From positions 1,922,001-1,986,000 of the forward strand of contig OU015566.1 in assembly GCA_907165135.1 (NCBI GenBank): a stretch of 64,000 bases of DNA, in the 5' to 3' direction. The notes under the pieces are model-generated. The model worked only from the letters and a program-made list of their open reading frames with translations, was not told the origin of the DNA and made no database searches. The stretch is from Oikopleura dioica (Eukaryota; Animalia; Chordata). A program made the translations under genes and the position numbers. Every line of letters starts with the position of its first letter. Position 1 is the first letter of the stretch. Below are positions 1 through 10,538 of the stretch, in pieces.

Positions 1-2352
1 AATAAAGCTAATTAGCTTTGTATTTCCACCAACGAAAAAGAATAAAACGGAGATAAGAGTCGGAAAAAGAACGACCATGTCGTATCTTTCTCCTACCCAA
101 GAATAGATTTTCAACTTATAAAAATCCTTCAAATATTTGAGCTTTTTGCGATAAGCCGCCAGAAGAGAAGGATTACTTCCTTGTCCAGCTTCTTTCTTTT
201 TGTTTTCATCTTCGATCAGCTTTTCATAATGTTGAACACCTTGAAATATACAACCAGGAATCAGACTCTCCATTTTCTTCTGAAGTATGAGAAGGTAATT
301 GATAAATTCTGTAAGCATTATTAAAGATCCTTCGACTTCATCCGTTTTACGCACAAAGCACTCGCGTTCACCATTACTGGTGACAGTCGCCAATGTTGCT
401 AATTTATGATATTTATCTCCAGTAGAAAAGCCATTGCAATTCATTGTGCACTCAATATCATAAACAACGAAGTATTCTTGCACATAATCAAATGCAGGCA
501 AGAATTTTTCAGCAACTAGCTCGTGCACGTGATCCATGATTCGGTAAGATTCGACAGTCTGATGAATTATATCAATGGTGTCCATGTTACAGGTTGATTC
601 GTGTTTTTTCATTTTACGCTTATCGGCATGGGTATACAGACAATTTGGCGTTTTACACTTTGGAAGTTCGACGACCATGCGATCAGGCAAAACTCGAACA
701 AGAGTTTGATCATTGAAGACATTTGGTATTAGAGTAAGAACGTTTCGTATTGGCATGTATTCTGCGTAAAGCGACGATTCGACGCTATCGTGAGTGCTTT
801 GCGCCCGTGGAATTGAGTCGTTGTTTTCATCTGAAGAATCACTTTCATGAGCAGGCTCTGGCAACAAATCGTCGGTATCGTAATTAAGCAAATCGTCATT
901 TGTATGCAAGGAAGACGAAGTATCCTCGCCATTTTTCGATACTGCACATTGGTTATCAACAAATGGATTTCGCGCTTGACTCTTTTCTGAACTTGCATTT
1001 TCAGTCAATTTATCAAAATCAACAAAAGATAAATCGTCATCATTTGTTTCCATCGCAGCTGTTTCCATAGCAGTTGTACCTTCGAGTTCTTGCAAATCTT
1101 CCTCATCGCTTTGCAATACTTCTGTTGCATCGTGTAAGTTGTGTTTGTGATTTTTTGTCCAACGCAAAATTTGAGCTGTCTTCTTCTTACCCAGATATCT
1201 TGAACATTTACTGTAACGTCGTTGAAAATCTTTATTCGCGGCGTAAAGTGGTAGCAGACCAGGATAATTATCAAATTCCCTGTACGTTAGATTTGTAAGC
1301 CGTTTGAATTCGTTTGCAAACTCATCCTCTTGCATGGGCGCCGCTAGAATATTCATATTGATACAATCCGAATTCCCCATCGCTGCGTAAACGCACCGCT
1401 TCAAATTAACGTTGTCGTTTATAATTTTTCCAACAAAAAGGCGAATGTTGACTTTGTATTTGTTTCTTATTTTCTGGAAAATGCCATCTGCAATCGAAAA
1501 TTGTTTATCTGCGTAAGCTTCGCCAAACAGCTCCTTTTTTATCTCCGCAATTTTGACATTATACTCGCGTAGATGTAGTTTAGGCCACCGTACTTTTATC
1601 AACGCGTGCCAAATACTTACCCAGTTTTTATCTCGATCTTCAAAAGTACGCCTAGTTGGCAAAAGATGAAATGTTCCAAGACGCCAAAAATAAGGTCGCG
1701 CGCTTTGCAGAACAACGCAGGGTCGAGTTGACATTGGATTGACGGACTCTAATCTGCCAATAACTTGTTCAACATTTTCGCGGTCACCAACTCGATGAGG
1801 TCGATAACTAATACCAAGAGGGCGAAAATAGCCTCCATACAAAGCGTAAATATCAATGTCCAAGAAACGCTCTAACTTTGGTAAATCTGCTCTCGTCGGC
1901 GACAAACCAAACTTTTCCACTAGTTCGCTAGAATCCACTTTTGAAAGCTCTTCGCGCAGTTCTTGGTTTAATTTTGTAGGAATTTTCGGGTGTATTTTTT
2001 TAAGATAGTTCCACCAGTTGATCCCCAAAAGAATCGTATCGTACACATTCGAGCGATTACGCTCATCGTCAGGATTTGCAGGAGAATAATCATCGCTAGA
2101 ACTACTGGACGTACGAGTTCGATTTCCATTTGACTTATTGTTGTCATCAGAACTTTCATCGCTCTCCAAAGGATCCGGTCTCTGACGAGGCCTTTTAACT
2201 ACATCATCTAATTCACTATCATCGCTGTCATCTGCTAAAAAAGAGCTTTCTGCAGTTCGTTGACTGTTTGCCGAAGCTAACAAATGCCTTCGTTTTTTTT
2301 GATAATTTGTTTTTGATAAACCTTTTGCTTTATTTGGAAGAAAACGCTTCAT
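1..2352 (-). CDS. polB: Protein-primed family B DNA polymerase, N-terminal 784 aa (terminal-protein region plus exonuclease); 3' end lies outside the window
   Basis: Manual translation from ATG at 2352 stays open to base 1; it is absent from the ORF track, probably because it has no stop in the window. Contains CKTPNCLYTHADKRKMKKHESTC, ExoI YFVVYDIECT and ExoII-like KIYSWVGERYDMVVLF. Confidence 0.85.
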   Translation of the reverse strand, partial: MKRFLPNKAKGLSKTNYQKKRRHLLASANSQRTAESSFLADDSDDSELDDVVKRPRQRPDPLESDESSDDNNKSNGNRTRTSSSSSDDYSPANPDDERNRSNVYDTILLGINWWNYLKKIHPKIPTKLNQELREELSKVDSSELVEKFGLSPTRADLPKLERFLDIDIYALYGGYFRPLGISYRPHRVGDRENVEQVIGRLESVNPMSTRPCVVLQSARPYFWRLGTFHLLPTRRTFEDRDKNWVSIWHALIKVRWPKLHLREYNVKIAEIKKELFGEAYADKQFSIADGIFQKIRNKYKVNIRLFVGKIINDNVNLKRCVYAAMGNSDCINMNILAAPMQEDEFANEFKRLTNLTYREFDNYPGLLPLYAANKDFQRRYSKCSRYLGKKKTAQILRWTKNHKHNLHDATEVLQSDEEDLQELEGTTAMETAAMETNDDDLSFVDFDKLTENASSEKSQARNPFVDNQCAVSKNGEDTSSSLHTNDDLLNYDTDDLLPEPAHESDSSDENNDSIPRAQSTHDSVESSLYAEYMPIRNVLTLIPNVFNDQTLVRVLPDRMVVELPKCKTPNCLYTHADKRKMKKHESTCNMDTIDIIHQTVESYRIMDHVHELVAEKFLPAFDYVQEYFVVYDIECTMNCNGFSTGDKYHKLATLATVTSNGERECFVRKTDEVEGSLIMLTEFINYLLILQKKMESLIPGCIFQGVQHYEKLIEDENKKKEAGQGSNPSLLAAYRKKLKYLKDFYKLKIYSWVGERYDMVVLFPTLISVLFFFVGGNTKLISFI

Positions 2353-2758
2353 TAAACAAGAGTTTACACAAGATTTATTCGCAGTTAGCGTTATATAGAA
2401 TAAATGTCAGCAGAGAGTAGAACGCTCAAGGAGAACGTTGGATTAACTCGCAGCGCCTTTTGTGGAGTCGCTAACGCGACATTTTAGACCTCTTGGATGG
2501 AGGTGCTCGTCCGATTTGTTCCGTATTATCTAGATGAATTGAAGGAGTTTGATTATCAGGAGTTGCCTTGCACATCACACTTGATCTTGAAATCACAGAA
2601 GCTTCTAAAATATTGTTAATACAGTTATTTTATAACGCAAAACCAACCATTTCTTGACGCGTCCAAAATTAAATTATCCACCGGAAATCGCATGATGAAC
2701 GGAGCCCAACCCTTTGTTAAAGGAGCTCTGAATGTTATTCGGATTTGAACTGTTCCCA

Positions 2759-4347
2759 TCATATCTCGGCGATCGCCAAAATAAATGGGAACAAACCAGT
2801 TTTGGTTACAAAACTGAAAAAATCAAGGCCTTCCCCTACAGTTTTATTTGCGTAGCGGCCATTATGGCGGAGAAAATTAAGGTAATGATCTTGAGCAGAA
2901 TTCCATGGAGTACCATGAGCGTGCTCGTTATCGACTAGAATTTCGAATTGCTCAATCTCAAACCCTTCCTCGAAAAGAGACGTTTTAGTAATACATCTAT
3001 CGAAAGCTGGAGTTTTACGAGCCTCGCTCATTCCCGTGAAAATCAACATGTCTGGAAATAATCCCCGAGAACATTCGACGATATACGTTCGATACCCCGG
3101 GGCCCAGGTTCCAACGCATAATCGAGGATGGTAAAAGGGGATCTTTGCCTGTCTTTTACCGATAATAAACGGTCGTTCATCTTTTGTTGGAGTGCAAAAA
3201 ACACTCTCAAATTGTAAGTGTCGAAGCATATCCGTAGTTATCGTGAAATCTGTACCCGTTTTCGCCCAAAATATAACATACGCTGTTTCATTTTCTACCA
3301 TCTTATCATACTTTGGAACTTTTCGAAAGATCTTGTGAGCCCTCCACGTACTTGATACTGCTTGAGTGTTAGTTTTTGCATTAGCAGGAGTACCTTTATT
3401 GTACAGCTCTTTGCGTTGATTTTCAGGTAAATACGCGCCACCAATAGGTTCTATTTGGAGATATTCAGGAGCAATATCCTCATCGGAGCTTGTAAACTTA
3501 GAATCAGAACAGTCACACGATGCTTCTGTTAAATGCTCCACCCATTCGCTCACCAATTGAATATTCTTGTTGAACGGATAGGTCATTTTAGTGCCTATAA
3601 CTTTTCCCCGATCGTCTTTCTGGTAGATATTTTTTCCAAAGTCCTAAGCTTTTGATATTCAGTCCATTTCATTGCCATCCGTTTAGGCGTTTCCGATATA
3701 TCCACTCCAGTTTGAGTAAGAAGCTCAAACTTAACTCTTGAATCTGCAGGTAAAACTCTTTGTTGTCTCGCCAATCCGTGGCTAATCGGCGATCTAACAA
3801 GATATCGATGATACAGTATTTCACAACTGATAGCTTTTTGATTTGTTGAAATTTCTATAGGTTTGTCCATTTCCTTCCATTCTTCCATTGCGTATTGCTG
3901 CCGATTTTCTACAAGATTGTAACCATTATGCTTACATGTTAATGCGAGCAATTCGTCGGCGTCCGCGTCGTAGGAATCGTAGTGACCTTCTGGAAATAAT
4001 TCAACCTCCTGAGCTTTTGGCGAGTAATTGAGTTTTTTAACGAAATTGTTAAAAAATAAGTACTCCAAGCCATTGGTCCACGTTGAGAAAATACACTCAT
4101 CCAAAATATAGAAGTTGAGTTTATCGATGATCTTTGACGCGAAACCGTTATCAGGGACGAAATTTGAAGGCATCTTTAATTGAAACAAAATTGCGCATCT
4201 GTCCAGTTTAATTGGTAATTTATCAGGAGGCATTGCAAAAGTTATTTTCCCATTACCAGAAGAGAAGTCGCCAAGTGTGTGGAGAACTTTATATCCTGCA
4301 TAGGGATCGGGATTCTTTTGGCTTTTTGTAGTAGAGTAGATTTCCAT
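2759..4347 (-). CDS. Polinton PY-like major capsid protein (double jelly-roll), split into two frames (3595-4347 and 2759-3586)
   Basis: N-half DNGFASKIIDKLNFYI...LNYSPKAQEVELFPEGHYD and SPISHGLARQQRVLP, and C-half AKIPFYHPR...GLFPDMLIFTGM, match from memory the pattern of Polinton PY capsids. The second frame is open back to about 3644. Confidence 0.7.
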
Positions 4348-4406
4348 AGTTTTCTTCCATCGTTAAAACTAAAATTTTATTACAATAAATTGTGAACAAA
4401 TAACAT

Positions 4407-4826
4407 CTAGCCTAAAAGATCGCTTAATTTATGTTTTGTAAGCAACGGTATCATAACCCCTAATTTAAATGATATTATGTTTAAGTGAGCATATATGAGT
4501 GAAACTAAAAGGAGCTGGGTAAAAACAATCGCGATTAAAATAATTAAAAATATGTTTTTCTTCAGTGTAGACATGTAGCATTCAGAGCATTTGGCGCACT
4601 TTGACGAGACGTCGTTCATGTTCGTCGCCTTCTTCGACGCTTTCTCCGTTTTCGATTTGGTCTTCGTCGTCGCCTCAATCGGCGAGTTCGAGGAGCTCGC
4701 CGTCGTCTTCGCGGTCGCCGTCGCCGTCTCTTTTGACGAGTTGAAGGTGCAGCTAGAACCAAATTTCGTAGTCGTGATAATCGTGGTTTTACAAGATAAG
4801 ATCTGCTTGTCATCTGAACAAAACAA
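4407..4826 (-). CDS. Small Thr/Ser/Lys-rich protein with a C-terminal transmembrane helix
   Basis: 139 aa ORF with hydrophobic stretch IFLIILIAIVFTQLLLVSLIY; it fills the gap between the integrase and capsid genes. Confidence 0.45.
   Translation of the reverse strand: MFCSDDKQILSCKTTIITTTKFGSSCTFNSSKETATATAKTTASSSNSPIEATTKTKSKTEKASKKATNMNDVSSKCAKCSECYMSTLKKNIFLIILIAIVFTQLLLVSLIYAHLNIISFKLGVMIPLLTKHKLSDLLG
4616..4813 (-). CDS. Protamine-like Arg-rich peptide (candidate virion core protein), overlapping 4407-4826 in another frame
   Basis: 65 aa with 32 Arg arranged in blocks such as RRRRRPRRRRR. Confidence 0.4.
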   Translation of the reverse strand: MTSRSYLVKPRLSRLRNLVLAAPSTRQKRRRRRPRRRRRAPRTRRLRRRRRPNRKRRKRRRRRRT

Positions 4827-4836
4827 ATAAGAATTT

Positions 4837-6801
4837 TTACTGTTGACGTAAACGTCTTTGTTTCAATTCAGAAAGAGTCATAACTAGGTTTAATTCCTTT
4901 TCATAATAACGCCTGTCTAATTTGACGCCTTTAGAATTTATGAGAGTAAACGTAAACACTTTAGCTCCGTGATGAATTTGATAAATTTGGAAAAGCTCGG
5001 TAGACCACTTAGGTGTAAAACCTTTTTCGAAGCGTTTTATATTTTTGCGAGGAATCCTAACAACATCTCCAACATGAAGCTTACTCCACGTTTGACGATA
5101 TTGCTTAGATCGTTTTGATTCTAAGTAGTCAAATAGCTGGCGGGCGTTATAACGATTTACATCAGCTGGTTTAACGTTGGTAGATGAATGCACAGTATTA
5201 TTAATAGCAGTGTTCACAGATTGTAAAATATGAATCCAACGTTTAACGTTACCCTGACTTGTGAAAGCCCTTCCAAGACGCGCTTCCAAAGTTTTACTAA
5301 AATAGAATATTATTTTGTTACAGTTAATTTTAAAAACTTACTTGAAACGCTCGACAATCGCAGCTTTATGGGGGCCCGTATTAAACACTCGAGTCATCCC
5401 CCACTTTGCCAGCAGCGCTGGCACTTCTTGCTGAAATTCTGATCCTTGATCCGTCACGAAGAAAGTGTGTCCGGGCAAGTCTAGGGTTTGAAAAATAGAT
5501 TCAAGATTGCTCGCTAATTCTCCGGCTTCTTTAGTTACTAGTTTACGAACAAAGCTCTGTCTTGATAAAGCGTCAACAACGCAAAGTATATACTTATAAT
5601 TATTGTTGAATTCTCCATAGTTTTTATAAGCTAGAATAGTATCAGCAAAGAGGCATGAGTATAAATCAGTTGCTATAATAGGATTACGTGAGAAATTTCT
5701 ATGAAGCGGCTTATGGAGAGAAATAGATTCATTCATGCGTTTAAAACGATCAACATTAAGACCACTGTAAAATGAAGGTTGTTTAGGGTTATAAAATAAA
5801 TCTAGCGTATATGGGGGTTTATTAGCGGGACCAGAAATTGGCGGTGGATTCGAGAACTGGCTCGTCGTCTTCGTTGTTGTCTGCGGTGTCTGAAGAGACC
5901 CCGTCATTCTCGCTGTATTCGGGAGAGTTTTTCCTTCGTTTTGCAGGGGCTCGTTTTGTTGAAATTGTGTTATTAGTTCTACCCCTTTTTCGGGATCTGG
6001 AAACCGGTTCAGATTTTTCAGGCTGCTTTGGTTTTCGAACTGTAATAACTCGCCCCGCGGGAGCCCGGTTTTTTTCAGTCTTTCGCTTGTTAAAGTTGTA
6101 CGCGGGGTTCTCGACAATGACGGAGAGCTCTCTTGAATTTCTTGGATTTTTTCTTCCATTCCCGGCGTTTCGTTGGTCATTATCATCGGTCGAGTATTGA
6201 GAGTCGTCGGCGCTTTTCGAATCGGTTCTGGTTGAAACGCTTTCATCTCCATCGGTGAAGTCGGAAACTTGCTCACTATCAGTTCCTGAGGGAACTTCAA
6301 TTCGCCTGTTTTTGGATTTCTTGCTGCGATGAGTTGCGTCATAAATTGAATTCCTGAATTTTCTGAAATCATCGCTGGTGATAGTATAGCCATCGTCGTT
6401 TGCTCGCCTTTTTCTTCGTACTTCTTTAGGCGCTTCAATTCTTCCTCGTTTACGCCTCGTAACTGATTGACTTTCTTCGATACTGTCTTTGTCCATTGAT
6501 CCAGCTCTCCGCCTTTTGCGACCAGTTGATTTGACATTGCGGCGTCTGGAGGGTTTTGAGTAGTCGTCGCTGATTTCGGATTCAAAGTCATCATAGTTGT
6601 TTGCTCCGTTAAGGGTTGTTTCACCTTCCGCGGGCGGCCACGTTTTCTCTTCAAAGGTGGATTCGGGCTCACTGGCTTCCTCGCTTCTGTCTCGAGGCGC
6701 TTGACCTCTAATTCGTCGAGACCGTCTAGCCTGTCCTCGAGGTATTTTCCGGTTGCAAAGTCCCGCAAGTAGCTGGGCTGTACCCTCTTCCTCGGTATCA
6801 T
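4837..6801 (-). CDS. Polinton retroviral-like (RVE) integrase, two exons (intron 5297-5341); start at 6801 or at internal ATG 5907
   Basis: FYNPKQPSFYSG; catalytic D-D-E in LFADT, VTDQGSEF and IVERF. Removing the 45 nt GTAAGT..TTTTAG intron restores VERFNKTLEARL. The C-terminal GDVVRI...KWSTELFQI segment is typical. Confidence 0.9.
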
Positions 6802-6961
6802 AATCGGGATAAGGCTCTGCTTTCGTTTTCGGAGCCCGAACTCTCACTCTATTAGTCAGGGGGTTAATTTCCCAAAAGGAGCAAATATTTAACATTTGCG
6901 ACAGTGAAAAATAACAGCCACCATTCAAGGGTATTTTATTCAGGTCAATTTGATTAGCCAT
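5822..6961 (-). CDS. Hypothetical low-complexity protein with alternating basic and acidic blocks, overlapping the integrase reading frame
   Basis: 379 aa ORF with several NLS-like clusters (RKRRR, RRKRR, KRRK). Confidence 0.6.
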   Translation of the reverse strand: MANQIDLNKIPLNGGCYFSLSQMLNICSFWEINPLTNRVRVRAPKTKAEPYPDYDTEEEGTAQLLAGLCNRKIPRGQARRSRRIRGQAPRDRSEEASEPESTFEEKTWPPAEGETTLNGANNYDDFESEISDDYSKPSRRRNVKSTGRKRRRAGSMDKDSIEESQSVTRRKRGRIEAPKEVRRKRRANDDGYTITSDDFRKFRNSIYDATHRSKKSKNRRIEVPSGTDSEQVSDFTDGDESVSTRTDSKSADDSQYSTDDNDQRNAGNGRKNPRNSRELSVIVENPAYNFNKRKTEKNRAPAGRVITVRKPKQPEKSEPVSRSRKRGRTNNTISTKRAPAKRRKNSPEYSENDGVSSDTADNNEDDEPVLESTANFWSR

Positions 6962-7215
6962 TTCTTTAAAAATAAAGCGTTACACTCATGCTCACAAAAT
7001 CATAAAATCATTCCAAATCAACATTCAAAAATTCACGCATAAATACCTGATTAATTGGTTTTCTTCTTTTGCTGTTACTTTAAAAAGAACAATTATAAGA
7101 TTAAAGAAAAGTTGATACGGTATCCGGTTTTATACGCGCGGCGCGAGCGCCCCTTAGTGTTAACATGAAATTTGGACTATAAAAACGCTCGACAGTATTT
7201 CAAAACGCCAGAACA

Positions 7216-7602
7216 ATGGACGAGTTAGCAAAAAGAGCTGAATCCTTAACCAAAGTCAAAATTGACAACTTGAACGTCCAATCTTGGATAAGCGGTGGAA
7301 CTTACAAGGTCACCGGAAAAATCAAAAAGTTTGACCTTGGAGATATAAAATTTCCAGGCCAAGAGAAATTGGAGACAAATCGCGACGCTTTTTTCCACTT
7401 CAACCCAAGAAATTGGAATCAAGAAGAGCCCGAAATCAGAAACTACTTCAACGAGCCGACTGGTCTTCTTACTGACCTTCAGGACAAAACACTCGTCGTC
7501 TGTATCAACGGATACACGCCAGCAGACGCAAACGCGCCAACTTACCAAGGAAAGATTCCTGGCCAATTCGAAGTCGCTTTCGTAAAATGCATCAACATTT
7601 AA
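7216..7602 (+). CDS. Hypothetical 128 aa element protein
   Basis: Clean ATG ORF, divergent from 6961; its stop overlaps the ATPase start. Confidence 0.6.
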   Translation: MDELAKRAESLTKVKIDNLNVQSWISGGTYKVTGKIKKFDLGDIKFPGQEKLETNRDAFFHFNPRNWNQEEPEIRNYFNEPTGLLTDLQDKTLVVCINGYTPADANAPTYQGKIPGQFEVAFVKCINI

Positions 7603-8327
7603 CGAAATTCGTCCCCGACTTTCGCTTCCGTCACCCCTGTTCACTGCTTATTGCGGGCTCGACAGGCACAGGTAAAAGTAACTTCGTAAAAAATTTAATC
7701 GAGTGTGACGGAATCAACGGCGAAATTGAATCTATTTATTATTTTATGCCACGACTAGAGCCTCTTCATATTACGCCCCATAGTCATCAGCAACTATATT
7801 TAATGGAAGGACTTCCCTCGCAAGAGTGGGTCGATGACACTTTCCAAATTGAAGCAGATAGTAAAAGCCTTATAGTGGTTGATGATTTATGGTCATCATC
7901 GGTCGAAAGTAACACTTGCGAATATTTACTGTCATACGGGCGTAGACATTTAGGTGTCTCGTTAGCCTTTATAGCCCAGAATTTTTACGAAAAGGGCAAA
8001 AAAGCTATTACTGCCAGGTTTGTTTTATTATTCGTGTTTTTTATTTCATATCTAACACTTTATTTTAGGAATTGCATGACAAGTTTTGTGCTAATGAACA
8101 ATCACACTGACTGCGGCATTAACAAAACGATTGCAACCAAGTGTGGCCTGGTCGAGCCTTACAATCAAGCAATGAAACTTTTTAAAGAAAGAAGAATCCC
8201 CAATTACAACTACGTCATCCTCCAACGGGACGTCCGACACGCGGATCAACCTCGAGTAATTACGAATTATTTCGGGGAGGTGGCTGGGCTGGGTGGTGCA
8301 CCATGGATGTTTGGCCTGTCACAGTAA
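7587..8327 (+). CDS. A32/FtsK-like genome packaging ATPase with an in-frame 51 nt intron (8018-8068)
   Basis: RFRHPCSLLIAGSTGTGKS (Walker A), LIVVDDL (Walker B), GRRHLGVSLAFIAQNFY. The T-rich GT..TTTTAG insert interrupts ITAR/NCMT. Confidence 0.9.
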   Translation: MHQHLTKFVPDFRFRHPCSLLIAGSTGTGKSNFVKNLIECDGINGEIESIYYFMPRLEPLHITPHSHQQLYLMEGLPSQEWVDDTFQIEADSKSLIVVDDLWSSSVESNTCEYLLSYGRRHLGVSLAFIAQNFYEKGKKAITARFVLLFVFFISYLTLYFRNCMTSFVLMNNHTDCGINKTIATKCGLVEPYNQAMKLFKERRIPNYNYVILQRDVRHADQPRVITNYFGEVAGLGGAPWMFGLSQ

Positions 8328-8395
8328 ATTTGCAATATAAATTTATTGATTTCTGACATGAATAAAAAAACTACATAAAAATACAAGGCATTTCT

Positions 8396-9331
8396 TTATG
8401 TTCGCAAATTCTTTCGTCGCATTCCTCTTTTGCGCAGCAACATTTTTCTTCCGCTAAATAGTTTCGAAAATGCAGGGGAAACGAGTTGTGTTCGAGCGCA
8501 GGAGTTGACCCTTGATAAAAAGTAATCAATCATCAATATAAAAAACTTACATTTACTATTTAAAAGAGAAATCCATTTTTCTCCAAGTTCTTTGTTGTCT
8601 CCAAAATACTGACCCTGATCGCGTTGAAGAAACATTTTCGCAGTAACATAATAAAAATGAGTCGTAACTTTGTCCATTTCCGATACCATATATTCGCAAG
8701 GAGCCATCTGAGCCGCGCGACAAAGGGAATAAACACGCTCATCAATCTTTTTCTTATCTGACGAGTACTTTGGATTCTTTTCCATAAGCCCTCTCGCCCA
8801 AACTTGCGCGTACAAAACATACAACGCTTTTTCGCATAAAAAAGCCTTTCCAAATAAATTCAGATTTCGAAAAAATATGTTGAGATTTGGATGTTTATGG
8901 CATTGAACAGTACATGTTAGCTTTTTATTTTCATAGACAAATTCTCGCTTGACCAAACCATTCCGTAATTTTTTATACCCCAAGCAATAAGTAGCGCCTT
9001 CTTCGGGTTGATCGTTCAAAAACTCCTTGACAGTTTTCTTTTTATTTTTAACTAATTCGTTCGGCGATGAGTGAATATTTGAAGACGGTCCGGGAGAGAT
9101 GCACTCCTCCACCTGTCTAATAACCAATGACGAAGATTTGATCCCAGTCCTTTCATCGATGTTTTCTTTCACAAAAAACGTTATTTTTGACGACGCGTGA
9201 GTAACCGCACTGCATAAAAACTCATAAAGAATAGGTTGACTGCTTTGAAAGCGATTCTGATGAGTAACAACAACTCCAACATCGTACTGATACAATTTAT
9301 CTCGAGTAAACTCTTCATAAATTTTCTTCAT
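8396..9331 (-). CDS. Hypothetical element protein, paralog family A, copy 1
   Basis: 311 aa; shares VLY(A/G)Q(V/L)WAR(G/S)L(M/L)EK(N/D)P and REFVY with 9636-10538. Confidence 0.7.
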   Translation of the reverse strand: MKKIYEEFTRDKLYQYDVGVVVTHQNRFQSSQPILYEFLCSAVTHASSKITFFVKENIDERTGIKSSSLVIRQVEECISPGPSSNIHSSPNELVKNKKKTVKEFLNDQPEEGATYCLGYKKLRNGLVKREFVYENKKLTCTVQCHKHPNLNIFFRNLNLFGKAFLCEKALYVLYAQVWARGLMEKNPKYSSDKKKIDERVYSLCRAAQMAPCEYMVSEMDKVTTHFYYVTAKMFLQRDQGQYFGDNKELGEKWISLLNSKCKFFILMIDYFLSRVNSCARTQLVSPAFSKLFSGRKMLLRKRGMRRKNLRT

Positions 9332-9635
9332 AACTTTTTATCAAATAAAACAGGAGAAATATTTTATTGAGCACAGCGCGCAAGAGCTTTTAAAGAGTGA
9401 TCGATTAGTTCTTCTTCAATCTACGAATGTAGCGCCATATTTTTCTAATTGTGCCTATACAAATTGACCATATCGTACCATTCACGCTCTATAATAAAAG
9501 ATGTAGGCCTCTGCTGAGTTAAGGCAGTTTTCCTGAAGATATTGTATTTTCGAATTTCTCGTCGGGGAACGTAAGAATCGGACGCGATTTCATGCTCTTC
9601 GTTATCTGGGAGAAAGAACGGGTGGAACTAAATCG

Positions 9636-10538
9636 TTATTGAAGCGTTGAAAAAAGAAAGCTTACAAAAGTATAGCCGCATGTCAACGCTTTTTCTTCTA
9701 ACTCTTGAATGTATGTTCGAAATCTTTGCTTGCTTCCAAACCAAGGCATGAAAGAATATACGCCTCCGAAATAATATTCCATTCTACTGCGGGAAAATCT
9801 GAAGTAGCTTCCATACACTAATCTACAGATTGAAATATGGTAGAGGAATTCGTCTTGTGTCCCTAATTCAGGATAAATTTCATCTTGAGGAATACCAACG
9901 TCTTTCAAAAGACGCTCTATGAAAAAGTTGATAGCTTGTATGTCAGGTTGATCGTCTGAAGTTTGAAAACGCGGATCCTTCTCCAACAAAGAACGAGCCC
10001 AGAGTTGCCCATATAAAACGATAAGTATTCGAAACGGGTACTCACAATTTCTGCCAGGGTTTAATGAGAAAAAAACCTCTTTCAAACATGGATAAATTAT
10101 CTTCTGAACGCTGCAAAAAATCGTTTCCGAGACGCTGCGATCATAGACGAACTCGCGTTGGACCTTGCACATGTGTTCCATAACGCCGCGGCGACCGAAG
10201 TTCACTCCAAAAGATCCACTTTTGGTCAATCCATAAGAAGTCATTGATGGTAAGTTATCGTATATCTTATTCAAGTGCATCTGATGAACGCAGAAAGACG
10301 GAGAGTACTCAATCAACCATTCGTGCTGTCGAACAACGACTCTGTTCTCTATTTTATTTGATTCCGTATTAAAATAACTTTCAATAAAGAAGGAAATTCG
10401 TTGTAACTTTTTAAAAAATCCCATAGATTTGACTGATTGAAGTATCGGATTGTGGCATTGACGGTTAGAATTCTCAAGCTTGAAACATGGAAAATCCAGT
10501 TTTACATCTTCAAAAAACTCCAGGCTTTTTATCAACAT
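9636..10538 (-). CDS. Hypothetical element protein, paralog family A, copy 2 (possibly with a further spliced 3' exon near 9445-9628)
   Basis: 300 aa ORF with the same motifs as 8396-9331; GTAAGC donor-like site near the ORF end. Confidence 0.7.
   Translation of the reverse strand: MLIKSLEFFEDVKLDFPCFKLENSNRQCHNPILQSVKSMGFFKKLQRISFFIESYFNTESNKIENRVVVRQHEWLIEYSPSFCVHQMHLNKIYDNLPSMTSYGLTKSGSFGVNFGRRGVMEHMCKVQREFVYDRSVSETIFCSVQKIIYPCLKEVFFSLNPGRNCEYPFRILIVLYGQLWARSLLEKDPRFQTSDDQPDIQAINFFIERLLKDVGIPQDEIYPELGTQDEFLYHISICRLVYGSYFRFSRSRMEYYFGGVYSFMPWFGSKQRFRTYIQELEEKALTCGYTFVSFLFSTLQ

Noticed and set aside
729-2159. Short ORFs listed in the track (729-998, 1005-1274, 1074-1298, 1968-2159)
   Set aside because: Alternative frames within the long pPolB ORF.
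2404-2617. Two short plus-strand ORFs between polB and the capsid gene
   Set aside because: No motif and no convincing splice joining them.
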